NCBI GenBank assembly: GCA_008080745.1
Contig: SHMX01000005.1
Span: 31,515 to 95,514 of the forward strand
DNA length: 64,000 bases
Source of the DNA: Candidatus Thorarchaeota archaeon
GTDB lineage: Archaea > Asgardarchaeota > Thorarchaeia > Thorarchaeales > Thorarchaeaceae
Reading direction: 5' to 3'
Made by a program: the position numbers and the translations under genes. Of this stretch, positions 9,439-18,700 are shown one piece after another; position 1 is the first letter of the stretch; each line of letters opens with the position of its first letter. Under the pieces are notes generated by a model. The model was not told where the DNA came from. It ran no database searches and saw only the letters and a list, made by a program, of their open reading frames with translations.

Positions 9439-10092
9439 TCACCTGTTTGTGAATAGGTTGTTTACCAGCCACTGTCTTACCTCATCTAGTCCTGAGCCAG
9501 TTAAGCAGCTAGTTTCAAAGTATGATACAATCTGTGGATTGCTCTGCAATACAGCTTCAATCAGACCCTTGTCCATCGAACAATTCAAGTCACACTTGTT
9601 TCTAATCAGAACAAAATCGGGTGTATCGAATCGAGTTTGGGACACATAGTATCCGGTCAATAGATCCACCCATTCTGTTAGATCAATCAGAGATTGAATA
9701 TTATCACTGGCGAAAATAAGCAGGATTACATCGACTCCGCCAAGAGCAGTTCGACTGATATCCTTGAGTGCATGAATTGGCGAATTGAGTTGACCTGCGA
9801 TGTCGACCATTTGACACAGCCCTTCAATATCCTCGTCAACAAGGTCTGCTGCAGGAATGACTTCCAAATCTACAAAGAGCGTCCGGTGGTATTCCGCTTC
9901 GTCCTTAAGAAGCTCCTTTAAGCTCTTTCTCTCTCTCAACACGGTCAGCAGACTAGACTTGCCTACGGCCCCAGACCCTGCCATCAGAATCTTTCGTATT
10001 CCTGAATGGAGTTTTATTCTTTCAATTAGGCTTCGTGATGTCTCAGGTTCGGTTTCTTTGGTCTTCAATTCGCTCGTACTCATTGCTATCAC
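9439..10092 (-). CDS. Ras-superfamily small GTPase with ~40-aa N-terminal extension
   Basis: G1 GSGAVGKSS, G3 DIAGQ, G4 NKCD and G5 ETSCLTG. There is no C-terminal CaaX. Confidence 0.8.
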   Translation of the reverse strand: MIAMSTSELKTKETEPETSRSLIERIKLHSGIRKILMAGSGAVGKSSLLTVLRERKSLKELLKDEAEYHRTLFVDLEVIPAADLVDEDIEGLCQMVDIAGQLNSPIHALKDISRTALGGVDVILLIFASDNIQSLIDLTEWVDLLTGYYVSQTRFDTPDFVLIRNKCDLNCSMDKGLIEAVLQSNPQIVSYFETSCLTGSGLDEVRQWLVNNLFTNR

Positions 10093-10198
10093 TCAAGATG
10101 AATCAATCCTATGATAGTATATTAGTAAAAAATACAGATAAATCTTTGTTTTTTATACTATAACTTTATATTCTTTTGGGCTTAGGGCCGAGTGAGGT

Positions 10199-12112
10199 TT
10201 GAAAGTGAGAGGAACTCGATTTCTTTCCCTAATCCTAGTTTTTGCGTTCCTAGCCCCCGCGTTCTTCCCCGCTGGGCTTGCTAGCTACGAGTGTTACGTG
10301 TTTTATGATGCGAATGCAGTTTCTGGTGATTCTATTAATGTCGGATTGGATATGATTCAGACTATCTGCGATGACGATGTTACTCTTCGACTTGTTTCTG
10401 TGGAGTCAAAACGAGATTTGCGAGTGAGTCTAACAGAACGATCTTCTGCAATCTTCCTTTTCCATGGTAATGAGGATGGGTTGAGTCTGACCGATTCTGA
10501 GGATGATTCTCCTCTTATGACATGGTCTGAGCTTGCTGGTTATATCGACAAAACAAGTTTTTCTGAATATATGCTATTGAGCTGTGATTCCTCCGAGGTG
10601 AATGAGCTCACCATGAAAGAGCGTGTCCTCACCTTTACTGGTGAAATTGATTCGAAAGTTGCTACTGCTGTAGCTATATCTAAGATTGGTGAAATTCTTC
10701 GTCACTACAGCTTCCGTGGCTCATATTCTGTTTTCAACAACCTTATTGAAACAATTCAAAATGATGATACCTTCATTCAGCGGTTATTCAATCCCATAGA
10801 TACTCTTGGTGACTATGGAAAAGAAACCTCTGTTCAGCATGGACTACTGGTTGCCCGTCTGAAGGAATTTCGTAAAGAAGTTCATGGCATGGCACAGTTA
10901 GTTATCACGAAGAAATCCTATCAACATCAAGTTGAATTAGCGTTTATCACCATCATGGATCTAGTGACGGGAGATTTGTATAGCCTGATGAAGGATGCAG
11001 GTGAACATTGTGCAGCGTTGTTAGATGACTTGAATAATGTTGCATCAGATATTGTCTCAGGTAGCGTCAGTGTATCCACCATCATGAATGCTGTGGATGC
11101 AGTTCTTGATATCTATGATTTAGCCTCTATCGTGCTTGAGATGGTCACTAATCAAAAAGTTCGATATATTCTGGAATGGATTGATCTTGGAATGTTCATT
11201 GCAGATATCTGCTATGCTTATGTTTCTGTTAAAGCACAAATGGAGGACTCAGACTATGGGGGTCGGAACATAGAATCTGATAGTTTGGCAATGATTATGG
11301 ATGATGAGGCGTATCGTGATATTGATACTGTTCTTTATCTCCCTGATAGAACCAGCGTGGTTAATGCAATTGACAATCTCATTACCGCTCTGGAAGGAAC
11401 TTTCAATTACAATACCATTCGTAACAAGGCTGATCGTCTTTCCGATATATGTGACGATGCTTTGACTATCGCTCCTCACATTGGTGGTGATACAGAGGAT
11501 TATGTCATGTGTTTATTGGAATCCGTAAAAGATGCGGCCGATAGTATCTATGATAGTGGTGCATACCATCTTGACCGCTATGCTAGGGATAACTTCTACT
11601 ACGAAATGGATTGGTCTGTTAACGCGGATTGGTGGGCAGGAAAACTTCACATTAGTTACAGTTTCACCAATCCCTCATGTAATCAAATTCCTATCTATAG
11701 AATTGTGACCGATTTTGAAGAAACTAAGACTGGCAACTCAAGGTATCATTCCAAATACTTTAGTTATTACCTTCTTCCAGGTTCATCTTATGATGATAGC
11801 TTTGATTTAAGCTATGATCGCTGGAAGAGCTGGAACGTTGTATTTACTTGGTCACTTACTTGGAAGTATAATAGCGATCTCTATGGGACCTACAAGGCAG
11901 GGGATGCAGATGGTGACGGTCTAAAAGACTGGCAAGAATTAGAATCAACATTTGGCTACCGTACTTGTCCTACAAAGCGGGATACAGATGGTGATGGATG
12001 GCCAGACAAATACGAGATTGACAATGGCTATAATCCTCTGAACTCTGGAAGTCATCCTCCTGATGGTGGTGGTGGAGGCGGTGGATTACCTGGCCCTATC
12101 ATAGTACGCTAA
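10199..12112 (+). CDS. Secreted protein with C-terminal thrombospondin-type-3-like Ca-binding repeats and a poly-Gly tail
   Basis: TTG/GTG start followed by a signal peptide (KVRGTRFLSLILVFAFLAPAFFPAGLAS). The C-terminus contains DADGDGLKDWQELE and DTDGDGWPDKYEID (DxDxDG) repeats and ends GGGGGGGLPGPIIVR. Confidence 0.65.
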   Translation: MKVRGTRFLSLILVFAFLAPAFFPAGLASYECYVFYDANAVSGDSINVGLDMIQTICDDDVTLRLVSVESKRDLRVSLTERSSAIFLFHGNEDGLSLTDSEDDSPLMTWSELAGYIDKTSFSEYMLLSCDSSEVNELTMKERVLTFTGEIDSKVATAVAISKIGEILRHYSFRGSYSVFNNLIETIQNDDTFIQRLFNPIDTLGDYGKETSVQHGLLVARLKEFRKEVHGMAQLVITKKSYQHQVELAFITIMDLVTGDLYSLMKDAGEHCAALLDDLNNVASDIVSGSVSVSTIMNAVDAVLDIYDLASIVLEMVTNQKVRYILEWIDLGMFIADICYAYVSVKAQMEDSDYGGRNIESDSLAMIMDDEAYRDIDTVLYLPDRTSVVNAIDNLITALEGTFNYNTIRNKADRLSDICDDALTIAPHIGGDTEDYVMCLLESVKDAADSIYDSGAYHLDRYARDNFYYEMDWSVNADWWAGKLHISYSFTNPSCNQIPIYRIVTDFEETKTGNSRYHSKYFSYYLLPGSSYDDSFDLSYDRWKSWNVVFTWSLTWKYNSDLYGTYKAGDADGDGLKDWQELESTFGYRTCPTKRDTDGDGWPDKYEIDNGYNPLNSGSHPPDGGGGGGGLPGPIIVR

Positions 12113-12270
12113 ATTACATTTAGAGAGGGTATGCAACAGCTGATCAAAACGCCTATGAAGAGGAAGTAAGACATCACCAGTCCTCTGTGACAAGTGATGC
12201 AGCCTCGATGAAGCAGGAAACAGACAGTAGATGAGGACTCCTGTCCACCTTTGTCCACGTTCTGTGCAAC

Positions 12271-12300
12271 GGGGGACATCCCCTTCTTTTTTCTTTCTGG
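12271..12300 (+). terminator. Possible hairpin plus oligo-T terminator or 3' end of a small RNA
   Basis: GGGGGACATCCCC hairpin followed by TTCTTTTTTCTTTC, lying within a 357-bp, unusually GC-rich intergenic region. Confidence 0.25.
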
Positions 12301-12469
12301 CCAATCAATCTTAGCCACAGATATAATAGTGTCAACTGCTTGAAGAGTTCTTGAGTGAACCAGGATGGATTATGTTCTTTATTTCTACACATGATTGCGC
12401 ATGCGTGTACTTTATAGCAGACTTCTTTTTCGGTTCCTCTGTCAATAACCATAGTCGAGGTCATATACA

Positions 12470-15373
12470 GTGAGCGAGTTCATTAAGATAGAGAAAAAAT
12501 GGCAAAAACGCTGGAAGAAAGACAAAATCTTTGAGGCTGAACCCAAGCCCAAACAAAAGAAGTTCTTTCTTACCGTTCCCTATCCCTATACCAACGGTGC
12601 ATTACATATTGGTCACGGAAGGACCTATACTGTAGGAGACCTCATTGCACGATACAAACGAATGCGAGGCTATAATGTTCTATTTCCTATGGCATCGCAC
12701 ATGACTGGTACTCCCATTCTTGGTATGGTGGAACGAATAAAGGCGGGTGACCCCCAGGCTATCGAGCAATACAAACGAGATTTACGTCTCTATTTTGACA
12801 CCGAGGAAGAAGTGAATCGGCAATTAGGAAAATTCACTGATCCCTGGGCCACTGCAAAATTCTTCGCTGATATAATCTCTAAGGACTTTGATGCACTCGG
12901 TTATAGTATTGACTGGCGAAGAAAATTTACCACTGGTGATAAGATATACAATGCTTTCATCCGGTGGCAATATCTGAAATTCAAGGATATGGGTTACGTA
13001 AAACAAGGCAATTATCCACTTCTATTCTGCCCGAATTGTAGTAATCCCGTAGGAGAAGATGACCTACTAGAGGGAGAATCAGCTAAAGTCAAAGAATTTG
13101 TCGCTATCAAGTTTCCATTTGAGGATGGTTTTCTGGTTGCTGCAACCCTACGTCCTGAGACCATTTTTGGTATCACCAATATGTGGATCAACCCAACTGC
13201 AACCTATGTCTGGGCCAAGGTTGATGGTGAGAAGTGGCTCGTGGCTAAACCTGCTGCAGAAAAACTGAGGTTACAAGCAAAAGAAGTTGAGATACTTGAA
13301 GAGTTTCCAGGCTCCGAAATCATCGGGAAGACCCACAAGGCAATTCATGATGATCGAGATATTCCTATCCTCCCAGCTCCCTTTGTCAATCCTGAAAATG
13401 CCACGGGTGTTGTGTATTCTGTTCCGGGTCATGCTCCCTTTGATTATATTGCTCTTCGTGATTTGTGGGATAATCCATCAAGTCTGAAGAAATATGGCAT
13501 TTCTGCAGATGAGGTGAAGGCTATCGACATAATTGGAATAATTGACATCAAGGGTTACAGTGAATACCCTGCAAAGGACGCGGTTGAAAAACGAGATATC
13601 AAATCCCAAGATGAAGATAAGAAACTGGAAGAGGCCACTCAGGAGATATACAAGGCTGAATTCTATGAGGGTGTCATGAAGGACAACTGCGGTCAATTCT
13701 CTGGTCGTTTGATTAAAGAGGTCAAAGATGATGTTATTTCTTGGTTGAAAGAGAAAAATCGAAGTGATGCATTTTATGAGCCAGATACTCGTCCAGTAAT
13801 CTGCAAATGTGGTACTGATGTTCAAGTTGGGGTCTTTGCTGGTCAGTGGTTCTTAGATTACCAGAGCGAGGGATGGAAGGAGGAAGCTTGGAAGGCTTTG
13901 AATCAGATGGATATTGTTCCTGAGACCTTTAGGAACCTCTTCGAGGCCACTTTCGATTGGCTGACACAAAGACCATGTGCCAGAAAACGTGGGATTGGAA
14001 CGAGACTCCCCTTTGATGAAGAATGGATTATTGAATCACTGTCTGATTCTACCATCTACATGTCCTTCTATACTATATCACACCATATTAAGCAAAATAA
14101 GATTAAAGCTAAACAACTAATCTCTGCTTTCTTTGACTATGTCTTTCTTGGTAAAGGTAGTGTTACCAAAGTTGCTGAGAAGACGGAAATCGATGCGGAC
14201 CTGCTCAAGGAGATGCGGGAGGAGTTCAAGTACTGGTATCCAAATGATCAACGTCATACCGCTCCCTCTCACATATCCAATCATCTGAGTTTTGCTATAT
14301 TTCATCATGTGGCTATCTTTCCTGAGAAGTACTGGCTGCAATGCATTAGTATCAATGAACATGTCAATCTAGAAGGAATGAAGATGTCTAAGAGCAAGGG
14401 CAATGTTATTCCCCTGGTAGAGATTCCCAAGAAATATGGTGCAGATGTATATCGCACATATGCGATTTCTGCAGCCGAACCGGGTAGTCTTATGGACTTT
14501 CGAGAGAAAGATGTTCCTGCTGTGCGAAATCGGATTAACAACTTCCAAGAGGTCATCAAAAAATTTGTGAAGAAAACACCTAAGGTTTACAAAAAGAAAG
14601 AAAGATCTACTATGATTACTCGCTGGATTTTATCAAAGGTGAATTCTCTTGTGGAGCAATGTACCACTGATCTCGACAACTTTCGACTTCGGGATTATGC
14701 AATACGTGCAACATCCGAGATGTCACGAGCAGTCAATATGTATCTTAATCGACCGGAGGTCCAGAAGGACGAACGTGAGGGTACAATGGCTTATGTGGCT
14801 GATATTTGGGTGCGACTGATGGCACCTATGACCCCTCATATATGCGAAGAACTCTGGCATAAGATGGGACATGAGACCTATATATCGTTGACAGATTGGC
14901 CAAAAGCGGATAAGAAATTAATTGACCCCTCTGTTGAGGCCTCCTTCGAAGTAGTTCGAAACACATTGTCAGATATACGTGAGATAGCACGGCTACTGAA
15001 GGATACAACTCCCAAAAAAGTACACATCTATGTTGCGCCTCAGTGGAAATTCGATGCTATGAACAGTGTCCGTACAGCTGATATTCCCAATATAGTTGGT
15101 CAGATTATGAAACATCTTATGTCTAATCCTGAGTTCCGAAAACATGGTAAAGAAGTCAAGTCCATAGTTGATCGGATTGCGAAAGAGAATGGATTATGGG
15201 TTCACTCCGAGAGTGCTAAGGATGAGCTCCAAGTACTTGAGGGTTCGAAACCTTTCATGGAGCAGGAATTGGGTTTCGAAGTAACTATACATTCTGCAGA
15301 GGGTCCTGAATACGATCCCAAGAATAAGGCTCGATTCGCCTTACCTGGACGCCCCTCTTTGTTGCTTGAGTAG
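12470..15373 (+). CDS. leuS: Leucyl-tRNA synthetase (archaeal/eukaryotic type)
   Basis: HIGH motif (PYPYTNGALHIGHGRTY) and KMSKS motif (MKMSKSKGN). The 967-aa length with editing-domain insertion is typical of archaeal LeuRS. Confidence 0.95.
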   Translation: MSEFIKIEKKWQKRWKKDKIFEAEPKPKQKKFFLTVPYPYTNGALHIGHGRTYTVGDLIARYKRMRGYNVLFPMASHMTGTPILGMVERIKAGDPQAIEQYKRDLRLYFDTEEEVNRQLGKFTDPWATAKFFADIISKDFDALGYSIDWRRKFTTGDKIYNAFIRWQYLKFKDMGYVKQGNYPLLFCPNCSNPVGEDDLLEGESAKVKEFVAIKFPFEDGFLVAATLRPETIFGITNMWINPTATYVWAKVDGEKWLVAKPAAEKLRLQAKEVEILEEFPGSEIIGKTHKAIHDDRDIPILPAPFVNPENATGVVYSVPGHAPFDYIALRDLWDNPSSLKKYGISADEVKAIDIIGIIDIKGYSEYPAKDAVEKRDIKSQDEDKKLEEATQEIYKAEFYEGVMKDNCGQFSGRLIKEVKDDVISWLKEKNRSDAFYEPDTRPVICKCGTDVQVGVFAGQWFLDYQSEGWKEEAWKALNQMDIVPETFRNLFEATFDWLTQRPCARKRGIGTRLPFDEEWIIESLSDSTIYMSFYTISHHIKQNKIKAKQLISAFFDYVFLGKGSVTKVAEKTEIDADLLKEMREEFKYWYPNDQRHTAPSHISNHLSFAIFHHVAIFPEKYWLQCISINEHVNLEGMKMSKSKGNVIPLVEIPKKYGADVYRTYAISAAEPGSLMDFREKDVPAVRNRINNFQEVIKKFVKKTPKVYKKKERSTMITRWILSKVNSLVEQCTTDLDNFRLRDYAIRATSEMSRAVNMYLNRPEVQKDEREGTMAYVADIWVRLMAPMTPHICEELWHKMGHETYISLTDWPKADKKLIDPSVEASFEVVRNTLSDIREIARLLKDTTPKKVHIYVAPQWKFDAMNSVRTADIPNIVGQIMKHLMSNPEFRKHGKEVKSIVDRIAKENGLWVHSESAKDELQVLEGSKPFMEQELGFEVTIHSAEGPEYDPKNKARFALPGRPSLLLE

Positions 15374-15740
15374 CAATATCAACAGTCTGTCGTTCAATCA
15401 AAAAAACCGAGTGAAAGATATTTCAACAACCGAATATATCCTCCAGTTAGGAGCGGAATCATTGATGGATATGATACGAGTTGTTTCACCCCCGCATTGT
15501 AAAAAGGGGCCTGCAAGATGTTCGGGCTGTAGGGAGGCTGCACAAACCAAGAAAATCTGTCATATCCATGTTTATACAACTGAGAGCGAAGAATTCCGAC
15601 CGTTAATCCAGATGGAAATACGTGGAATACCGGGCTTCTATGAATACGAGATAATTGAAGTATTTGAATCTCCCAATGAGGCTATTGAATATGCTAGGGA
15701 AAACAGTATTGATGACATCGACCTCTCTATGGGCCGATAA
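15366..15740 (+). CDS. Small hypothetical protein, possible zinc-binding (start uncertain; an in-frame ATG lies at 15465)
   Basis: The ORF begins by overlapping the last codons of leuS. It contains HCKKGPARCSGC...CHIH, which could be a Zn-binding cluster. Coding potential is not certain. Confidence 0.3.
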   Translation: MSSNINSLSFNQKNRVKDISTTEYILQLGAESLMDMIRVVSPPHCKKGPARCSGCREAAQTKKICHIHVYTTESEEFRPLIQMEIRGIPGFYEYEIIEVFESPNEAIEYARENSIDDIDLSMGR

Positions 15741-15742
15741 CA

Positions 15743-16198
15743 CTAAAAAGTGGTATATCGAGGCTCGTTATCCTCAAACCAACTTGGTACCTTTGCATCA
15801 TCGACTCTATCTGATGATGGCATGTAGGGTTTGATATCAACCACTGGTGTATTATCAAAAGCGTCTATTTGATCGATGATAATCCTTCTTTTTTCAGGTA
15901 AAATTTCCTTAATGGCTACAATCGATACTCCAATAGGAGTGGGTCTTCTGGGGGATCTGGTCGCAAAGACACCGGAAAGTTCCGCATCAGGTTTTGGAGG
16001 AGTACCTGTCAAATTCATTCTGTCTGGTGTTCTATCACGTTCTGTAATCCACCATAATACGATTATGTGTGAAAACTTGTCCATATTCAATGTAGCTTCC
16101 CAGAATTGCTCTTCTATCTGGATGAAGATGGTATCGTCTTCTGGTTTTCGAACTCTTCCCACAATTTTTGCACATAGTTCAGGCTTGACGTCCATCAT
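15743..16198 (-). CDS. TsaA/YaeB (TrmO)-family tRNA methyltransferase-like protein
   Basis: Hallmark motifs GVFATRSPRRPTPIG and TPVVDIKPY of the TsaA-like domain, in a 151-aa protein of the archaeal short-form size. Confidence 0.7.
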   Translation of the reverse strand: MMDVKPELCAKIVGRVRKPEDDTIFIQIEEQFWEATLNMDKFSHIIVLWWITERDRTPDRMNLTGTPPKPDAELSGVFATRSPRRPTPIGVSIVAIKEILPEKRRIIIDQIDAFDNTPVVDIKPYMPSSDRVDDAKVPSWFEDNEPRYTTF

Positions 16199-16265
16199 TT
16201 TTTAACACCAAACAACCGCTATCGACTAGAAGCGAGAAACCACTTCCTCAAGAAGCTTCCTCTTA

Positions 16266-17117
16266 TCAATACGTATCTTCCTGTATGATAGGTAATTGTA
16301 TCTCTGTTAGAAGCTGTTCGGGTGGCACCTCTTGAGGGCTATTCAAATAGAGTTCTGTCAACGGTCCTGAAATCTCATAATTGTTTTCTATAACAAACTC
16401 ATGTACTCTCACATATCCTTGCCCTATCTCGGGATACGGGCCACGATAAGTCGTTGATGCTACTTTTGATTTAGGAATTGTTCGAACTTGAAGATCTTTT
16501 GCTTCAAGCGTTACTCTTCCCGTTATTGGTACCGCTACTTCAAAATCTGCATTCTCAGGAGTAAATTCTTCTCCATGATGAAGGAACATTATTGGTCCGG
16601 TGATACTCACCATATTTCTCTGATTCTCTGGTCGATAGATTTCTTGCATTATCTTCCCTATCATAGGACCAATCTGTTGGATTGGAGCAATCTGTCTGAG
16701 TGAAATCACTCGGATATCCGGAACTTCTTTGATACTGGGCTGAGTGGTTCGAAGGTAAAAGAGCTTGAGCGATTCTTCTTTATTCCGGAGTATCTTTCTC
16801 ACCTGTGTTAGACGTTCAATTTCTTTCTCTGTTTCTTCTAACCTTTCATTGAATAGGTTATCAAGGACGGTTTTGTTTTCGCTCTCGGACGCTTCCAATA
16901 GATCTCCTATTTCTTCCAAACTAAATCCTAACCAGGTTAGTAATTTTATCTTTATACCTGTTTCAAGCTGAGGCATTGTGTAATATCGGTATCCTGTAAG
17001 AGTGTCTTTCTCCTCCGGTACTAGAAGCCCCTTTTTGTCATAGAGTCTAAGGGCTTTTGGAGTAAGCTGAGTGATGATTGAGAATCTTCCTATGGGAATT
17101 CGAGAGAGTTCGGACAT
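16266..17117 (-). CDS. MerR-family transcriptional regulator with C-terminal GyrI-like (BmrR-type) effector-binding domain
   Basis: N-terminal MerR HTH (IGRFSIITQLTPKALRLYDKKGLL), a coiled-coil linker (LEETEKEIERLTQVRKIL) and a C-terminal GyrI-like domain (FEVAVPI...GPLTELYLNSPQEVPPEQLLTEIQLPI). Confidence 0.75.
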   Translation of the reverse strand: MSELSRIPIGRFSIITQLTPKALRLYDKKGLLVPEEKDTLTGYRYYTMPQLETGIKIKLLTWLGFSLEEIGDLLEASESENKTVLDNLFNERLEETEKEIERLTQVRKILRNKEESLKLFYLRTTQPSIKEVPDIRVISLRQIAPIQQIGPMIGKIMQEIYRPENQRNMVSITGPIMFLHHGEEFTPENADFEVAVPITGRVTLEAKDLQVRTIPKSKVASTTYRGPYPEIGQGYVRVHEFVIENNYEISGPLTELYLNSPQEVPPEQLLTEIQLPIIQEDTY

Positions 17118-17179
17118 GTTTCTTTTTCCTCCTTTAGGTCTAAAAAATGATGGGGGAGTACTATGACTCCCATGAGTAA

Positions 17180-17677
17180 TTATTCGACTGGCAGTTGAAG
17201 CTCTGTCTGCAGGTTTTCTGGAGAAACTTCCTGTGGATTATTATGATACAGTTCTCGTAATGGCCCTGATATCCTAAGCCCCTTTTGCTTGGCAAATGCA
17301 AAGACCTGTCCGTAGATATCTTTGCTCAGATCCGAGTAAGGCCCAAAACACATCATCGATACAACTTTCCCACCTGCTATAATATGATATTCGAGATTTC
17401 CATTGATAGTTGGTTCTTTATTTACAGGAACTGCTATCTCGAAGCACATATTCTCAGGATTGAATTCGGTATTGAGGTCGATATACATTGGTGGCCCAAC
17501 AGGATGAATACCATTTCCTGCATTCTCTCGCTTGCCAATTTCTCCAAAGATCTCACCCATTGCTGGACCTACCAATTTAGAGAGGTTGTTTGTACTGACA
17601 CCTTGAAACTTCTTTCCAACGACCTGAATATCTGGTATCTGTTTAATTTCTGGTTCTTCTGTTCTCATTTTTATCAT
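17180..17677 (-). CDS. Stand-alone GyrI-like small-molecule-binding domain protein
   Basis: 165 aa that parallel the C-terminal domain of the adjacent MerR regulator (CFEIAVPV...GPLRELYHNNPQEVSPENLQTELQLPVE). Confidence 0.65.
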   Translation of the reverse strand: MIKMRTEEPEIKQIPDIQVVGKKFQGVSTNNLSKLVGPAMGEIFGEIGKRENAGNGIHPVGPPMYIDLNTEFNPENMCFEIAVPVNKEPTINGNLEYHIIAGGKVVSMMCFGPYSDLSKDIYGQVFAFAKQKGLRISGPLRELYHNNPQEVSPENLQTELQLPVE

Positions 17678-17770
17678 TCCATTGCTTTCAGTAGCTACAA
17701 TTTGCTACAATACCAGACAGAACTCAGAATAATATAATACACAGGAGTCTCACCTAGGTGAAACTTCAGA

Positions 17771-18583
17771 CTAGTCATCAATAATTCTCTCATGCCCAAC
17801 AGGGCAGGTCCCATAAGTACAATCATAGAAACCTTGGTCGTAGACAACTCTTGTTACATAGTGATCCTTACAATAGATCTTGTCACATTTCGGGCAATAC
17901 GCATCAATGCCATCTTCAATGAATGTATTGTTCCTCAAATGCTTGTGAACCTGTCGGATTTTCCCCTCATCAAGCAGACCAAATATGAGTTCATTGAGCT
18001 GATAATCAAGTGTCGTACTCTTGGTTATGCCTTTGTAGTTTATTTTTCCACCACCATCCTCGGATATGGGACCCAACGTAAATGATACTGCTATCTCACC
18101 ACATAGTGAACAAGGGAGATGATATTCCATTGGGCCTGCCTTGATGACATGTTTCTTTGGTGGTGTACCCCTCCTCTCAGGCATATATGATTGGATTGCC
18201 TCTCTTAGAGAATCAGCTACCTGTCTGAAAGCTTCTCTGAGTCTGTGTTCTAGATGTTCCGACTTCTCATCTTGGACTGTTTTAACTTCACTTAGAACCT
18301 GCTGAAACTTCTCTTCAGCAGCCTCTAGAAACTGCATGGCATTTTGAGCACGAGTAACTCTCTCTTTTCCCTCTAGTGATGGGCAGGATTTTAGCAATTG
18401 CCAAGAGGATACTGCACTGAAATAGAGGTCTCGAAGGTCCACTTTCCACATGCTATCAAAAGAAGATGCTTCAGGGTTGGCATCGAATAAATCCAAAACG
18501 TCCTCTTTTACAGATTCTAAATCGTCTAGGAATTTTTTGATTTCCCATATTTGAGGTTCATCGCCTGTGCTACGATTGTTCAT
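17771..18583 (-). CDS. Hypothetical protein with C-terminal multi-Cys/His zinc-finger-like region
   Basis: Helical, acidic N-terminal half. The C-terminus carries CSLCGE...CPKCDKIYCKDH...CTYGTCPVGH. Confidence 0.45.
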   Translation of the reverse strand: MNNRSTGDEPQIWEIKKFLDDLESVKEDVLDLFDANPEASSFDSMWKVDLRDLYFSAVSSWQLLKSCPSLEGKERVTRAQNAMQFLEAAEEKFQQVLSEVKTVQDEKSEHLEHRLREAFRQVADSLREAIQSYMPERRGTPPKKHVIKAGPMEYHLPCSLCGEIAVSFTLGPISEDGGGKINYKGITKSTTLDYQLNELIFGLLDEGKIRQVHKHLRNNTFIEDGIDAYCPKCDKIYCKDHYVTRVVYDQGFYDCTYGTCPVGHERIIDD

Positions 18584-18700
18584 ATCATTTAAACCAGGGA
18601 CATACTCGACTTAAAACCTCTGGAATTACCAGAATTCGCTTCAATAATGATAATAAGAAAGAGAATGAGAAGGTATAATTTCATACCCTCTCATCCCAGA

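Noticed and set aside
12086-12464. Three overlapping minus-strand ORFs (72, 69 and 96 aa) in the leuS upstream spacer
   Set aside because: They occupy all three frames of the same GC-rich stretch and have odd composition. A real gene would use one frame, so these are treated as non-coding.
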